Shown: positions 63,785-64,000 of the stretch, one piece after another
How positions within the stretch are numbered: position 1 is the stretch's first letter
Layout: each line of letters begins with the position of its first letter
Notes under the pieces: generated by a model
The model's database searches: none
What the model was told of the DNA's origin: nothing
Seen by the model: the letters and a program-made list of their open reading frames with translations, nothing else
Position numbers and translations under genes: made by a program
NCBI GenBank assembly: GCA_963758915.1
Contig: CAVWXH010000016.1
Coordinates: 192,001 to 256,000 of the forward strand
Length of the DNA stretch: 64,000 nucleotides
Direction: 5' to 3'
Origin: an uncultured Methanomicrobiales archaeon
GTDB lineage: Archaea > Halobacteriota > Methanomicrobia > Methanomicrobiales > Methanospirillaceae

Positions 63785-64000
63785 ATTACAATCGCCGCCT
63801 GTTATTGGTTCGCTCTGGTTGAATCAAACCTATACTGCTCACAATCCTGGTACTGATCATTCTGGGTTCTCCCCGTCGCTCTCTTCATAGTGAAGGGGCG
63901 ATTTTCTGGGTCCAAGAAATTCCTGCTCTGTGCTCCATACTACAAAACGCGTTAAGGCAGGGGAAAAGACTGGTGTTTGCCCGCCAGTGATCCCCTGCGT

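Overview
Core chromosomal region of a hydrogenotrophic methanogenic archaeon, most likely Methanomicrobiales (inferred from the cfb F430 genes, a methanogenesis marker 9 protein, dph5, archaeal NusA, AglJ and TATA-type promoters). It holds about 60 CDSs: pyrBI, coaD, thiME, ilvE, leuCDB-like genes, cfbAEDB, hypAE, uppS, polX, and a nitrogen-assimilation island (two amt-glnK pairs, glnA, and a split glutamate synthase with an F420-binding FrhB-like subunit). There are four intron-less tRNAs (Thr-CGT, Gly-CCC, Arg-GCG, Glu-TTC) and three copies of an IS903-like MITE. No rRNA, CRISPR array or transposase was seen. The most notable items are: (1) a compact nitrogenase-like operon, NifH plus two short D/K-like subunits with three cluster Cys each and no FeMo-co ligands, while the cfb cluster lacks cfbC; (2) a degenerate NrpR-like operator at four nitrogen-island promoters, one of which precedes a candidate ~215-nt structured RNA; (3) a chorismate lyase-RFAP synthase fusion; (4) an Rsm22/METTL17-like methyltransferase with candidate Fe-S cysteines; (5) a Roadblock/HAMP/receiver module; (6) an unlisted rubredoxin lacking two Cys upstream of a broken fprA. 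Several single-base frameshifts, including in glnA and cfbB, suggest assembly indel errors. All calls come from motif recognition by eye; no database searches were run.
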